Source of the DNA: Geosiphon pyriformis uo1
Lineage: Eukaryota; Fungi; Glomeromycota
Direction of reading: 5' to 3'
NCBI GenBank assembly: GCA_016748015.1
Contig: JAAOMT010000768.1
Location: 30,079 to 94,078, forward strand
Length of the DNA stretch: 64,000 bases
Under the pieces are notes generated by a model. It worked only from the letters and a program-made list of their open reading frames with translations, had not been told where the DNA came from and made no database searches. The position numbers and the translations under genes are program-made. Positions 23,894-37,469 of the stretch are shown here, piece after piece. Position 1 is the stretch's first letter, and the number at the start of each line of letters is the position of its first letter.

Positions 23894-25403
23894 CTGTTAT
23901 TTAATTTTTAGCATGTATATTTCCAAGCAAAAACATTTGTTTAAGCATTTATTTGACTGCATTCAATATTTATTGTCTTTATTTTAATTATTAAATACTA
24001 TGTTTTTACATAAAGCTCATTTTTTATTTTAAGAATAATCAATATTAATAACAGATTTTATAACTGCAGATGCATTTTGTTCTGGATTTTATATTTATTT
24101 AATATTTGTATGTTAATTAAAAAATTATATATATACTTATGTATTTTTATATTTTTAGCAATAGGTTTTAGTGTATAATCTATAATATATACATATATAT
24201 AATCTTTAGATTAAAGTAATTAGTTTATTTATATAATGATTTTTTGAATAATTTTAAAACTTTTTTTTATTGTTATTTTTAAGATATAATGTTATATTAG
24301 TGCATTAATATGCTCTTAATATTGCTTTCCAAGTATAAAATTCTTTTTTATTTATTTTATAAATGAGTAAATATATTATAACAAGCATGTAATAAAATTT
24401 TATTATTAAATTGTTTTAACTTATTTAAGTAATAAACATATTTTGTCAATTAACTAATAAATTTATTATTATTTTGTGTTTTTTAATTGGTTGTTTAAAT
24501 ATTTATTCTATTTTATAAAAATTGGTCTATTTACTTAAAGTATAAATAAAATTCAAAAACATCTGACTGTTTAATATTATGTATTAAAACAATAGATGCT
24601 TATAATCAAATAGTATTATGCTATCTATATGTATTATAATATTAACTTTGTTTTAAATACTATTAGCCAATTAATTTTTATAATGTTATAATATATTTTT
24701 TTCTTTGTAAAAATCAAAAATAAATATGTTATTATTTATTTATTGTAGTGCCAAAGTTTTTTGACCTTTTTTTGTTAACACAAATAAAATAAAGTTATTA
24801 GTTCTAGAAATCTTAATTGTTAATACAACTATTATATTTTTTCTAATCTTAAAAAAAATAGATCTGAATATAACTTTAATTAATAGTTTTTTGATTATAT
24901 TATTATTATTGAAACCAAAAGCAGCTGATCCAGAATATACTGATTTTTTTCCAAAAATATTATACTATATATTATTAATTACTTGAGATAAAATTGGAAA
25001 AATCTTATTAGTTTTACTTTTATTAGTACAAACAAATTTTGTTAATAGATTTTTCTTATTTTAAACAACTGTTATAATAAATTAACATTGATTGAACACA
25101 TTGCTAACATATATATAGAGTTAGTATAATATAGATAAAAAAGTAGTATTGTCATTTTTTAATCACTAAAACATCTATCAATTATAAATATAAAAATTAT
25201 AATATAAATTAGGTAATATTATACCCTCTGTAAACAAAAAAATAGTTTTTAAAAGTAAGTTTTGCATGTTTAATAGTAGTTATAAAAACCAGAATTGGCA
25301 TTTATATTTGAGAATTTTTTATTAATTAAATAGATGTCATATTTTTCTATTTAATATTGATTATTTTATATTTTTAACTAGCAAATTATCAATTAATATA
25401 TAT

Positions 25404-26161
25404 TGTTACAGTTGAAACTTATACTTTTTTTTAATTATTACATATATTAATCACTGATGTCATATAATTAGCCATCTTATTTTTAGATAGTAATTATTGA
25501 TTTGATTAATGATTTGACTGTTGACCTAATTATTAACCTAATTAATGACCTAACTATTGATCTAATCATTGACCTAATTATTGACTTAGTTGTTGACTTG
25601 ATTATTAACTATTTTTGATAGCTATATAAGTAATGAATCTCTTAGCTATAAAAAAGGCATATCAAAAATACAAAACATGTCAGAAATCAAGGAAATTAAA
25701 TAATTAAAATAACAACTTTTATCTCAATTTTTTTTTTATTGCTAGTTTTTTTTTCCTACTTTCAAGTATCTGAACATCTTGGAATAAAAGATTACTTGTT
25801 GGTTATTCTCTATTCTTTTCCTGAAATGTGTAATTGTAGTATTTGAAAATTATTAAATAAAACATGACTAAAAAGTACATTTAATACCTGATATTGAATT
25901 CTAAGAGCACCAACATGAGGCATAGAATTATACTAATGTGTAATCATTTGTTGATAATACAAACTATCTTTTTATTTTTAGATTTTCCAATTATCTTTTG
26001 AAAAGTATAGTGACTGAGATATTTTATGAGACTGATCTTACACATTGAATTCATACTTATTTAATTTGTTTTTTGAAGTTGAATTCCCTTTGATTCTTTT
26101 TATTACCCTACAATTTTGTTCTTCTTTGCTATCTATTAGCTTGTTACTTCAATTTATAACA
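25404..26161 (+). repeat. 5' LTR of D
   Basis: TGTTACAG...TATAACA; matches 56849-57597; followed by PBS TGGTGCTCCCTGTAAGG at 26168. Confidence 0.9.
25495..25612 (+). repeat. ~12-bp tandem array inside D LTR (ATTGACCTAATT-like, ~10 units)
   Basis: Visible periodicity; repeated in the 3' LTR at ~56937-57056. Confidence 0.8.
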
Positions 26162-26245
26162 TAAAAGTGGTGCTCCCTGTAAGGTTGTCAAAATTCACTT
26201 TGTTTTCTATTGTATAGGTAATTATTCATACTTGTCACAACAAAA

Positions 26246-29200
26246 ATGATCCAAACTTTATTGAACTCAATTCTTTGCTCTTTTGCTTAATTTGCTTCTC
26301 CATTGAAAAACAATCTAGCAGACAATTCTAAGACTTTTGGAACTGGTTCTTAAATGAGCATTCAGTTAAAATCTACATATTCTATACAATCTATTACTTT
26401 AACCAAGCTTATTTTGAAGACAACTTTGAAGAAAAAAACAACAGTATTAATCAGCTTTTATACTCCACAATATTTGAAAAACAGTCTCTTAATTTTGAAT
26501 ACTTAAATCACCAAATTCACATTTGAATTGTTGCCTATTAGCTAGCTGAAACACCCTTTGAAACAAAAGAAGAAAGTTATCAAACTGCTTCTGTTTTTGA
26601 TTTCTTTTCAAGTGAATTAAAACACTTCATATAAACAGCTATTTCTGAACCAATGACTAATAACCTTATACAACAAAACATTCTGATTACTTTTTAAGGC
26701 ATACAAACTGCTTTAGGACAAAAAAACAATACCTCATTATCATTATTTAGAGATAATGCACAAAATCCAATTGAATGGTTGGATGACTTTGAAAGAGCTA
26801 CTACAGCCAATTAATATAATAATAAATACAAATTTCAAATCATTGGTGGCTATCTTTAAGACTCTCCTGCTACTTGGTTCTTATAAGAAACCAATGCCAA
26901 TACTTAACAAAGAATCATTAGATAAACACCATGAAATACTGGAAAAGACATCTCTTTTACTATTCAGTTTGAAACAAAATTTAGAATTCTTATCTTGATA
27001 TTCAAATAGCATATAGAATTAAAAAAAAAAACTTAAGGTCTTGCTAAAATTGTAACTGAATATGCCAAAGCAATCAGAAAGTTAATTAAGCAGGTAGACT
27101 TTAGAAGAAACTGGACAAAAAAGCAGAAAATTCACTCCTTTACAAAAAGATTGAGAATTGATCTCTCATATGCTTTTTGGTCTCTTCTGGCTCTAAAAAA
27201 CAATTCTATAATAGACATGATCATTAAACTTGTCCAATGAATTAAAGACAACCAAAGGATGCACTTGAAATCTACACTACCAGTTTTTGTTTCTGCTTCT
27301 GCTCCTCAAATAGTTGCTACTTTTTTCACTGCCCAGACTCTAAATTCCAATGAACAATTGAAAATAAATTTACAGCCAATCTTGCCTAGTTGTTAGAGCC
27401 CTTAGCCCAAACAATTAGAAAAAATCAACAACTCTAAAGACCCAGATTTAAACCCTATTTTAATTAACTCCAACAACTTCTTTATCAAAGACAGCAAAAT
27501 TGTGGCCCACTTGTGTACTATTGCTGTGAATTAACTAAACACATCTTCAGAGATTGCAACAATCTTTCATTGTCTCCTCCAGTTCTTAGAAACAATGACA
27601 ATCAAAACAACAAAACTATTAACAACAATGCCCTTAATTAAAGACCTAATCATGTCAACATCAATTTTTTTGGAAAGGATCTCTTAATTAAAACCACTGT
27701 TTATTAGCCTTTAAACTGGTAAGCATATTTCTAAAAAGTGAAAGTGCAAGCCAACCAGAAGAAAACTTTTTTTATACTTTTAACCTAACTGATAATAATT
27801 ATAATATAAATAAACTAGTAATCAATATCTTTGAATTAACAAGAAAGAAAAAAAAAGCCAAGATTGATTTCAATCTGGATTCAAACAAACTATCTACATT
27901 AATTGCTAATAACAATAAGCCACTAAAGGCTAAAGTTTTTAAAAATCCTCCAAAGTTGGAACTCCCAAAAATAATACAAAAATCTGGTCTTTATTTTATT
28001 GTTAAGGATTTCATAGAAATCCTAGCACATATTACATTTGTCCAATTAATGACTTATTCACAGTTTAAAAAAAATTTTTACAAATTATTAATTCCAAAGA
28101 AAAAAACACCAAAGATCAACAAACACCTTTGCCAAGCTAAACTTGCTAACAACAACAATATTACCCCTCTCATTTGCAAAACCCAAGTGGCTGGTTATTT
28201 TATTAACTTAATCCTAAACAGTAGATCATCTGTTAGTGTAATTGCCAAACACTTTTTAAAAGCCATTAAAAGAAAGATTAATGAACTTTTTATTCAGCCT
28301 ATAACCAATGTACATAGTGACAAGAAAAAAGGCCTGGGCATAGTCAAAGCTGTTCTTGTTTGCATTAATAACATCAGCATTGAAACTGACATAGAAGTAT
28401 CTGAAGCAAAAGAGTACACCATTATTGTTGGCAATGAATGACTTAAGAAAGCCAAAGCACTACTTGACTATAAACTTTGTAAGCTAACCATCAGATGTGA
28501 TGAAAAGCCCATTATGGTTAAATGTTATTATTAAACAACTCCTCTAGTACCCAAGCAAAACCAAAAAGAAAAACAATCAGATAATAATGAGAGTGATAAT
28601 GAAAAAGATCAAAAAGAACAAAAAAAAACTGCTGAACTTATTTATACTATCTTCATCAGCAATGGCAAATTATTAAATAATGTCAAAGTTAACAAAAAAG
28701 GAATTATTATAAATGGCAAGCTGATCTGTTGGCCTTATTATAATATCTTCAGAAAAATCTTTGATAGAAAACCTGGCAAAAAAGCCAAATACAATTATTG
28801 GTGGCATAGTTTTTGTGTTAGATGCTGGTATAATAAACTTTTGTGTTCTCCTAGTGATAAATACAAGTCTTGTCTAATCTATTACAAAAATTGAAAATCA
28901 ATTAGTTTGATATCCAAAGAAGAAATAAAAGAAGTGCAGAAATCTTTTAAGAATAAACCATTTAAAATTCAATCACTTACAGTAAAACAAAAAGAACCCT
29001 TCCTAGAAGAAAGAAAAATAGACATTAAAAATCTGTTGGCTAAAAATAGTCTAGTTATCTTAAAAGAAGATAATACTTCTGGACAAACCTATGTGATACA
29101 ACATACTATTACCATCAAAAAAACTTATCTCATCTATTTAAAGCCTTATCAATTCAATTGACACAATGATGAGTTTATTAAGAAAAAAATAAACTGAATA

Positions 29201-30394
29201 AAAAATTTTAGATTTATACAAAAAACCAAGAATAAATGAGCTTTTTCAGTTGTAATAATATCCAAAAAAGATAGAATCCTATGTTTCTGTGTCAACTATT
29301 ACTAATTAAATATTATTACTATAAAAGACATATACTCACTCTCTAAAATTGATGCAATGCTAAACAAATTCAATAGTACTGTTTTTTTTTCAACAAAATA
29401 CTTAACTACTGGATTCTGGCAAGTAAAAATGGATTCAGAAAGCAGAAAAAAAACTGCTTTCATTACCAAATATGACACCTATAAATTCACAGTTATGCTT
29501 TTTGGTCTTATCAATGTCTTTTCCACCTTTCAACACCTAATAAACAAAGTATTCAAATTAATAAAAGAAAACTTTGTTCTAGTTTATTTGGATGACATAA
29601 TGGTATACTCAAAAACCTGAAATAAATATCTTAAACACTTGCAAAAGATTTTTGATTTCCTTAGAAATGTTGGTCTTAAGATAAACCTAATCAAATCTTT
29701 TTTTAGACAACAATCCACCCAATTTTTTGGTCATTTTATTACAAAAAATAGAATTTTCTCTGACTTAGCTAAAGTTAAAAAAGTTCAGAACATTAAACAA
29801 TCAATAAATATTTCTAAACTACATTCTTTCCTTGGTTTGGCTTTTTACTATCGCAAATTTATTAAGAATTTTTTCAAAATTGTCTTTTTTTTCAATTAGC
29901 TACTTAGGAAAAATATCAATTATTATTAAGACACTCATCAACAAAAAGCTTTTGAAACTTTAAAGAAAAAACTTGTTACTAAACCAATTCTGAAACAATC
30001 TGACCTGGACTAATTTTTTATCCTATATATTAATGCATCTGGCTATGAATTTGGTGCTGTTCTTTTTCAAAAAGGTAAAGATAACAAAAAACATGCTATA
30101 GCATATGCCAGTAGAACTCTTACACCAGTAGAAAAGAACTATTCAATTATTAAATAAGAATGCTTAACAGTAGTTTAGGCTACTAGTTACTGGAATTAAT
30201 ATTTTTTTGGTGTGAAATTTTTAGTAATAACAGATTATTAAGCCTTAGTTTGGCTGTGCAATAAAAAAAAGCTGGAATACAAACAAATAACTTGTTAAAT
30301 ACTTCATCTGGATGAATTTAACTATGATATTCAATACTGCAAAAGATTAAATTATCAAAACACTAACACTTTTTCTAGATTTATCATTCAGTAA
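26246..30394 (+). pseudogene. gag-protease-RT-RNase H of D (no dUTPase)
   Basis: NPIEWLDDFE capsid, decayed knuckle at ~27515-27557, LILNSRSS (decayed LILDSGS), VYLDDIMVYSKT, YASRTL; stop TAA at 30392. Confidence 0.88.
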
Positions 30395-30457
30395 TAGTAT
30401 AACTTTTCAATCAAACCAACTTAATTATTAGTAACTTTCTTATAAACAAACATAATA

Positions 30458-31137
30458 ATAGACTTAGATAATTACTTTGTCTTAATAAAATTTTTGAGTA
30501 AAAGACAATATCCATCAGATTACACTTGACAGCAAAGAAAACATTTGCACAAACAATTAAATTTCTATTTGATTTGCCAAAACCAATTTTACAAAAGAAA
30601 TAAAAAAGATTCTAATTGTTTTTAGAGAATTATTAGATTTGAAGAAAAAAAAATTGTGATCTATAACATGCATACTGATTTATTAACTGGACACTTGGAA
30701 AAACAAAAACAATTCAAAAAACTTTAGCTCATTATTATTGGCTTACATTAGGAAAAGACATTGTTAAATACATAAAAATTTGTAATATTTGTTAAAGAAA
30801 AGACAAACCCAATCACAAAGAAGATATCCATTCAATTTTTGTTAGTCAACCATTTAACAGAATTGGTATAAATGTTATTAGACTTTTAATTATAATTCCT
30901 AATGGCAACAGATATATTATCACAGCTACTAACTATTTTACAAAGTAGATAGAAGCAAGAACCACTCCTAACCAAACAGCAGTTTTAATAGCCAATTTTA
31001 TTTATGAAGATATTATTTGTCATCATAGCTGTCCCAAAAAACTTTTATTTGATAAAAGAAGAGCTTTTCTCAATATATTAATTAAAAAACTTTGTAGAAA
31101 AATAAGAATACATTATAAACTTTCCTCCTTTTACCAC
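30458..31137 (+). pseudogene. Integrase of D, 5' part
   Basis: MHTD..TGHL and TNYFTK*IEA motifs; ends at SSFYH at the insertion site of E. Confidence 0.85.
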
Positions 31138-32040
31138 TGTTATCAATAATTATTTGGGGTCTCAAGTCAAATAACAAATCCATAACTTGGTGCTTGGTTG
31201 GTATTCTGGTGTTGATATTTGAAGGTTTGTTTGGTCTGAAGGTTTTGTTGTGGAGTTTTTTGTATAATAGACAGAAAGTTGATTAATAGTTTTATCTATA
31301 GCTTCCCAAAACTGCAGTTTTGTTAAATTTTTTTCTCAGCATGGTGGCCGATAATCCTCCTGATAAGCTATCCTCAAATCTATGAGTGTTTTACTCTTGT
31401 TTTACAGGTCTTTTACCAGTCACTATAACATCTGTATCTCAGTGCTTAATTTTTAATCGATTTAATAAATCCAAAGAAATAACAAAAGAAATAAAAAAAA
31501 TAAAAGAAGATAAAGAAGTTAACAAAAGCAATTGCAAGTTAGTATTCTGTCAATAGCTGTGATCAAGAGCTATTGTTCTAGTGTGGTTAAGTATCAATTA
31601 CTATCAACATGAAGTGTTGATAGTGAAGAGTGAATTAAGATAGTAAATATTTATTTATTGATATTTGTAAATAAAAGGTTGCTTAAATCAAATCTAAACT
31701 GAGAGATTTCTAATGGAAGGATTCTTTTTTTTCTACTTCTAACACTATTACTATATACACATAATTGATATTTTATGAGATTGCTTACATTCCCGAGTGA
31801 TGTGCTATGATTTCTTGAGCAATGCTCACATTGCTGAACAATTTGCCCTAATTTTCTAACATTGCTTCACATTGCTGAGCAATGTGCCATGTTTTTCTGA
31901 CATTGTTTCACATTGCTGAGCAATATGCCATGATTTTTGTCATTGCTCTACATTGCTGAGCAATGTGTTCATGTACTACATACTATTCTCTTATTAGTCT
32001 ACTATTTTTTTATATCTGTTTTCTTTTTCTATAAGTAATA
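31138..32040 (-). repeat. 3' LTR of E
   Basis: TGTTATC...AGTAATA; the reverse-complement PPT TTATCTCCTTC follows at 32041. Confidence 0.9.
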
Positions 32041-32055
32041 TTATCTCCTTCTTTT

Positions 32056-32691
32056 TTAATATTAAGCTCTGTCAAAATCTTTGTTTTGAATTAATTCTAA
32101 TACTTTTTTTTCAAGTATTGTTTGTTTGACTCTGTTTCTCATGTCTTCTACTTGTATATTGTTCATTTTTCCCTATTGGTTAATGGTTATGGTTTTCATG
32201 TTAGAGTGTAACAGTATTTTTAGGTTGTTCTGAAATATATTGTATAGTCAGTACATTGCTTTAACATGTAGTGTTAAATTCGTCTTCTTTCTGATAATTT
32301 CTTCAATTTGTTGTATTATGTCTTGGTTGAATATTCTCTTGAATTTGTCAGTATACAACTCCTGAATATTCAACTTTTGATCTAACTGGTAGTAGCAATA
32401 TGATATTAGAAGTCATTCTGTTCATTGCTTTCAATTTTCTTTTGTAAGCTCTTCTGTTGGTGCCATAACAGGTATTTTCCCAAAAGTGTTCTTTACTTTT
32501 CCTATTAAATTATCTGTCCAGTTTTTATTGTTCTTTGGTGGTTACTGGTATGGTCTATTTTTTGTTTTTCTTTGGATGTTTTGATAGCAAATTATTTGGT
32601 TGTTAATAACAATTTCCATGTCTAACTATTGTTCACTTAGGGCCTAGAATAATTGTTAAGCTATAGTGTGAATATGATTTGGTATTTCCAT
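32056..32691 (-). pseudogene. ORF3 of E
   Basis: MEIPNHIHTIA... start; homologous to ORF3 of F and of family 1; several stop codons. Confidence 0.7.
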
Positions 32692-32749
32692 TTTTCTTGG
32701 TTGCTTTTGTCACATATACTGTGTTTTTATATACTCTTTTGGTTGTTCA

Positions 32750-35700
32750 ATTTGACATGTTTGGTTTAATAACTATGATTGATTCCAGATCTTGTGGAAT
32801 CTCATCTGGTTGAACTAGTATTCTTTGTACTTCCAGTTGGGGAATGTTATTGGTAGATAATAATGCTATCTGGTGATATGGTTTTAGTCAATCACCATAT
32901 GCTGCTTTGGCTAAGATTTTGTTATCCCATCTTAATTTATAAGTTCTATTTCCAAGAATTTCTTCTATGTAAAATGGTTTATCCCATTTGGGGTTAAATT
33001 TTCTATTTCAATTTTTTTCCACTTTGGTATAATGTAATAGTATCTTGTCTTCAATCTTAAATTCAACTGATTTATTTGGTAGTTGGTTATCGTGTTGTTT
33101 TTTTTGCTTTTTTTGTGACTTTTGAATGTTATCAGCTGCTTTTTGTCATTTGTTTTCTAGTGTTTCCATTAAGTCATATGTTCTTCTCAACAATGTTTCT
33201 TGGAAATTATCTTCTGTTATTGGTTCAGTTGGATATGTATTGACCTCTATCTCAACTGGTAATGTTGCTGTTCTACCGTATACCAGTTCAAATAGTGTTG
33301 CTTGTATGGTGTCTTGTTTCATTGTCCAATAAGCAAATAATACTGATGGTATAAACAAATCTCATTCATCTTGGTTTTCTTGACTGATCTTGGCAATTGC
33401 TTCACACAATGTTTTGTTAAATCTTTCGACTAACCCATTTATTTGTGGATGGTATGGTGATGATAATGGTCTTTTAATTCCAAATCTTTGACTTAATTTT
33501 GTCAATATTCTATTCACAAAGTGAGTTCCTTGATCTGATAATAGTTTTTTTGGACATCTATGTTGACAAATCAACTCTTGATAAATAAATTCGGCAACAG
33601 ATTCTGTATCTGCTCTTTAAATTGCTTTTGTTTCTGGCCATTTAGTAAGATAGTCCATGGCTACTGCAATATATCTGTTGCTTCTGTTAGTAATTGTTAA
33701 TGGTCCGACTAGATCAATTTCAATTTGATTGAATGGTTGTCCCACTTTGATTGGTCTCAATGGTTCATTGGGTTTTGTTCCACCTCTTCTCTGACAAGCA
33801 TCACAATTTTGAACATATTGAATAATGTCTGGATACATTAATGGCCAATAGTATCTTTTTTTGGTTCTTTCTATGGTTGCTTCTTTATGAAAATATCTGG
33901 CTGTTGGATCTGAGTGCATGTTGAATAATATTGTCTCTTTTTTTGGTTCTGTAATTACTCTGATTGGTTGATCTGAATTTTTTCTGTTCTTCCAATAAAG
34001 TATATTTTGATAATTAATAAAATATTTTGATTGTTGTTTTATGTTTTTTTGTTCTTTTTGAGATAATTTTTTCTTGAACAATTGTGTATTTATATAATAT
34101 TAAAGTTGTTAGTATTTTTGTATATTCATCTTTTGTTGTATTTTTTGGGTTGAAATGTTTCTAGATTTGTCTTATTTGCAACAAACCATCAGCATTTCCG
34201 TTTTCTTTTCCTTTTTTGTAATATACTGTATAATTAAATGGTGAAAGTTCTATTTTCCATCTGACATGGCAATCATCTCCAAATTTTTGCTTCTGGATTG
34301 AAATCAATCCTTTGTGGTTAGTGTATACATCAAACTTCTGACTCAAGTATTCTTTCTATTTGATGACAGCTCAATAGATAGCTAAGTGTTCCAGTGCTGA
34401 AGTTCTATAGTTCTTTTCTGCTGGACTTAAGTTTCTACTGGCGTAAGCTACTGGATGTTCTCTTTCATCGGGTTTTTTCTGTGAAAGTACTGCTTCCAAT
34501 ACTTGGTCTGATGCATCAGTGGTGATTATGAATGGTTTGCTGTGATCTGGATACATCAATACTAAAGCTTGGATAAACTTTCTTCTTAATGTGTCAAATG
34601 CTTCTTGTTGAGCTTTAGTCTATTCATATTTCACATTCTTGGTTTGTAAATGATGAAGTAGTTGAACCAGTTTTGAAAAGTTTTTGATAAAATGGTGATA
34701 GTAGCCTGCAAAACCCAAAAATGCTCTTAGTTCTGTTAAGTTGGTTGGTACTGGAAAGTTTTTAACTACTTCAATCTTGTCTGAATCTGTTTTGATTCTG
34801 TTTTTGCTTACTACATGTCCCAAAAAATTGAGTTCAGTTTTTCCAAAGAAACATTTAGTTGCGTTTAGTTTCAATCTGGCTCTTCTTAGTCTTTCAAACA
34901 CTTGTTGGAGATGATGCAAATGATCATCAAATGTTTTTGAGAACATATTGGTGTCATTCAAGTATATGACTACTGATTTCCATAATAATCTAGTATAGAC
35001 AATTTCCATGAGCCATTGGAATGTTGCTAGAGCATTTATCAAGCCAAATGGCATGATTTCAAACTCAAAATTTTCCTCTCTTATGGTAAACACTGTTTTC
35101 TCTTTGTCGGCTGAATCCATGGCTACTTGTCAGTAACCACTATCTAGATCTAATGTTGAAAACCATTTATTTTTTCCAAAAGTGTCAAATAGTTCTTGGA
35201 TCTTTGGAGTTGGATAACTATTACCTTTAGTTATTTCATTCAGTTTTTGATAATTTACACAAAAGCAGATTTTCCCATTTTTCTTTTGGACTAGTACTAC
35301 TGGTAATGACCATAAATTCATTAATGGCTGAATTAGCCCATTGTCAAGCATTTGGTTAATTTCTTGATGAATGATCTTATGACTGGCTGGTGGTACTCTG
35401 TATGCTCTTTGTTTAATTGGCATTGCATCTCCCGTCTTAATCTGATGCTGGATGATGTTGGTATGGCCGAATTCATTTTCACTAGCAAAGATGTCATTGA
35501 AATTGTTAAGTAACATCCTTAGTTGCATCTGTTGGAATGGGTCTAGATTCCTCATGTTTATCTGTTCCAATTGTTCTGGTTGGAGCAGATAACATTCACT
35601 TTGTTTGTAGATAGTTTGTGATGTAATGTCCACATATCTGCAAAGCTGTGAAAAATCTGGAATGTGGTTTGGTGGTTGATTCTCAACTTTGGTAGTTAAA

Positions 35701-35998
35701 TATCTGATGATGATTTCTTTTAGTATTTCAATTACATTTCCTGTTGTGTTGTATATGGAAATTTTGATGTTTTTGGGGCTTTTGGCTGATATGTAGAAAT
35801 TAATGAGTTCAATCTTTTCTGATTCACAAATGGTGGTTTCTGCTTCAAACAACTGAGCTTAATTCTTTACTTCTCTTTTTATGGCTAACATATATTGGTC
35901 ATATGATAGAATGGAAATCAATTGACAGGTTGAGATAATTTCTTCTTTGTCAACAATTTCTTTCTCTGTTATATTGATTGTATATCTATTCTACCCAT
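32750..35998 (-). pseudogene. pol: Integrase, RNase H, RT and linker of E, truncated at the dUTPase C-terminus by F's LTR
   Basis: ORFs 33146-35852 carry CDACQ, DYLTKWPE, SDQGTHF, MPFGL, YLND and YASRNL. Confidence 0.92.
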
Positions 35999-36764
35999 TG
36001 TTACAGATGATTATTTGGGGTTTCAAGTCAAATAACAAATCTGTAACTTGGTGCTTGGTTGGTACTCTGGTGTTAATATCTGAAGGTTTGATTGTGGAGT
36101 CTTTTGTATAATGAACAGAGAGTTAAGTGATGGTTTTATCTGTAGCTTTCTAAAACTGCAGTTTTGTCAAATTTTTTTCTCAACATGATGACCAGTAATT
36201 TTCCTAGTAAGCTATCCTCAAATCTATGAGTGTTTTATCCTTGTTTCATGGGTCTTTTACCAGTTCTTATGATATCTATATCTCAATGCTTAATTCTTAA
36301 TCAATTTAGTAAAACCCAAAAAATAACAAAAAGAAATAAAAGAAAATAAAAAAATAAATAAAAGCAATTGCAAGTTAGTATCTTGTTAATAGCCATAATC
36401 AAAAGCTATTGTTCCAGTGTGGTTAAGTATCAATTACTATTAACATGAAGTGCTGATAGTGGAGAATGAATTGAGATAATAAATAATTATTTATTGATAT
36501 TTGTGATGTGGAAGGTTTCTAACTGATGGATTCTGTTTTTTCTACTTCTAATATTACTGCTATATATACATAATTTGGGTTCTATGAGATTGCTCACATT
36601 TTTGAGCAATGTGCCATGATTTCTGACATTGCTTCACATTGCTAAGCAATGTGCTATGATTTTTGACATTGCTCCACATTGTTGAGCAATGTGCTTACAT
36701 ACTAACTACTACTCGCTTATTGGTCTACTATTTTTATATATCTGTTTTCTTTTTATGAGTAACA
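35999..36764 (-). repeat. 3' LTR of F (internal third LTR)
   Basis: TGTTACAGA...GAGTAACA, then reverse-complement PPT TTATCTCCTCC. Shorter variant of E's LTR. Confidence 0.9.
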
Positions 36765-36781
36765 TTATCTCCTCCTTTTTT

Positions 36782-37413
36782 TTATTGAGCTCCATCAAAA
36801 TCTTCATTTTGAATTAGTTCTAATACTTCTTTTTTAAGTATTGTTTGTTCGACTCTGTTTCTTACATCTTCTATTGTGTATTGTTTATTTTTCCCCATTG
36901 GTTAATAGTTATGGTTTCCATGTTAGAGTGTAACAGTATTTCTGGATAGTTTTGAAATATGTTGTGCAGTTAGTAAATTGCTCTTACATATAGTGTTGAG
37001 TTCGTCTTCTTTCCAATAAATTTTTCAATTTGCTGTATTATGTTTTGGTTAAATATTTTCTTGGATTTGTCAATATACAACTCCTGAATATTCAACTTCC
37101 GACTTAACTGGTAGTAGCAGTATAATATTGGAAGTTATTCTGTTCATTGTTTTTAATTTTTTTTTGTAAGCTCTTCTGTTGGTGCCATAACAGGTATTTT
37201 CCCAAAAGTGTTCTTTACTTTTTCTATTAAATTATCTGTCCAGTTTTTATCGTTCTTTGGTGGTCACTGGTATGGTCTATTCTTTGTTTTTCTTTAGGTG
37301 TTTTGATAGCAAATTATTTGGTTGTTAATAACAATTTCCATGTCTAACTATTGTTCACTTAGGGCTTAGAATAATTGTTAAGCTATGATGTGAATATGAT
37401 CTGGTATTTCTAT
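36782..37413 (-). pseudogene. ORF3 of F
   Basis: Reads ILYCYYQLSRKL...NSTLYVRAIY*LHNIFQ...ITINQWGK; homologous to family-1 ORF3. Confidence 0.7.
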
Positions 37414-37469
37414 TTTATCTTGGTTGCTTTTGTCACATATACTGTGTTTTTATATACTCTTTTGGTTGT

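Noticed and set aside
23900-25403. Possible decayed coding sequence or DNA transposon left of D
   Set aside because: No recognisable motif, terminal repeat or ORF could be established by eye.
31780-31970. Palindromic repeats with short intervening sequence, superficially CRISPR-like
   Set aside because: The intervening sequences are themselves repeated, the array lies inside LTRs, there are no cas genes and the context is eukaryotic.
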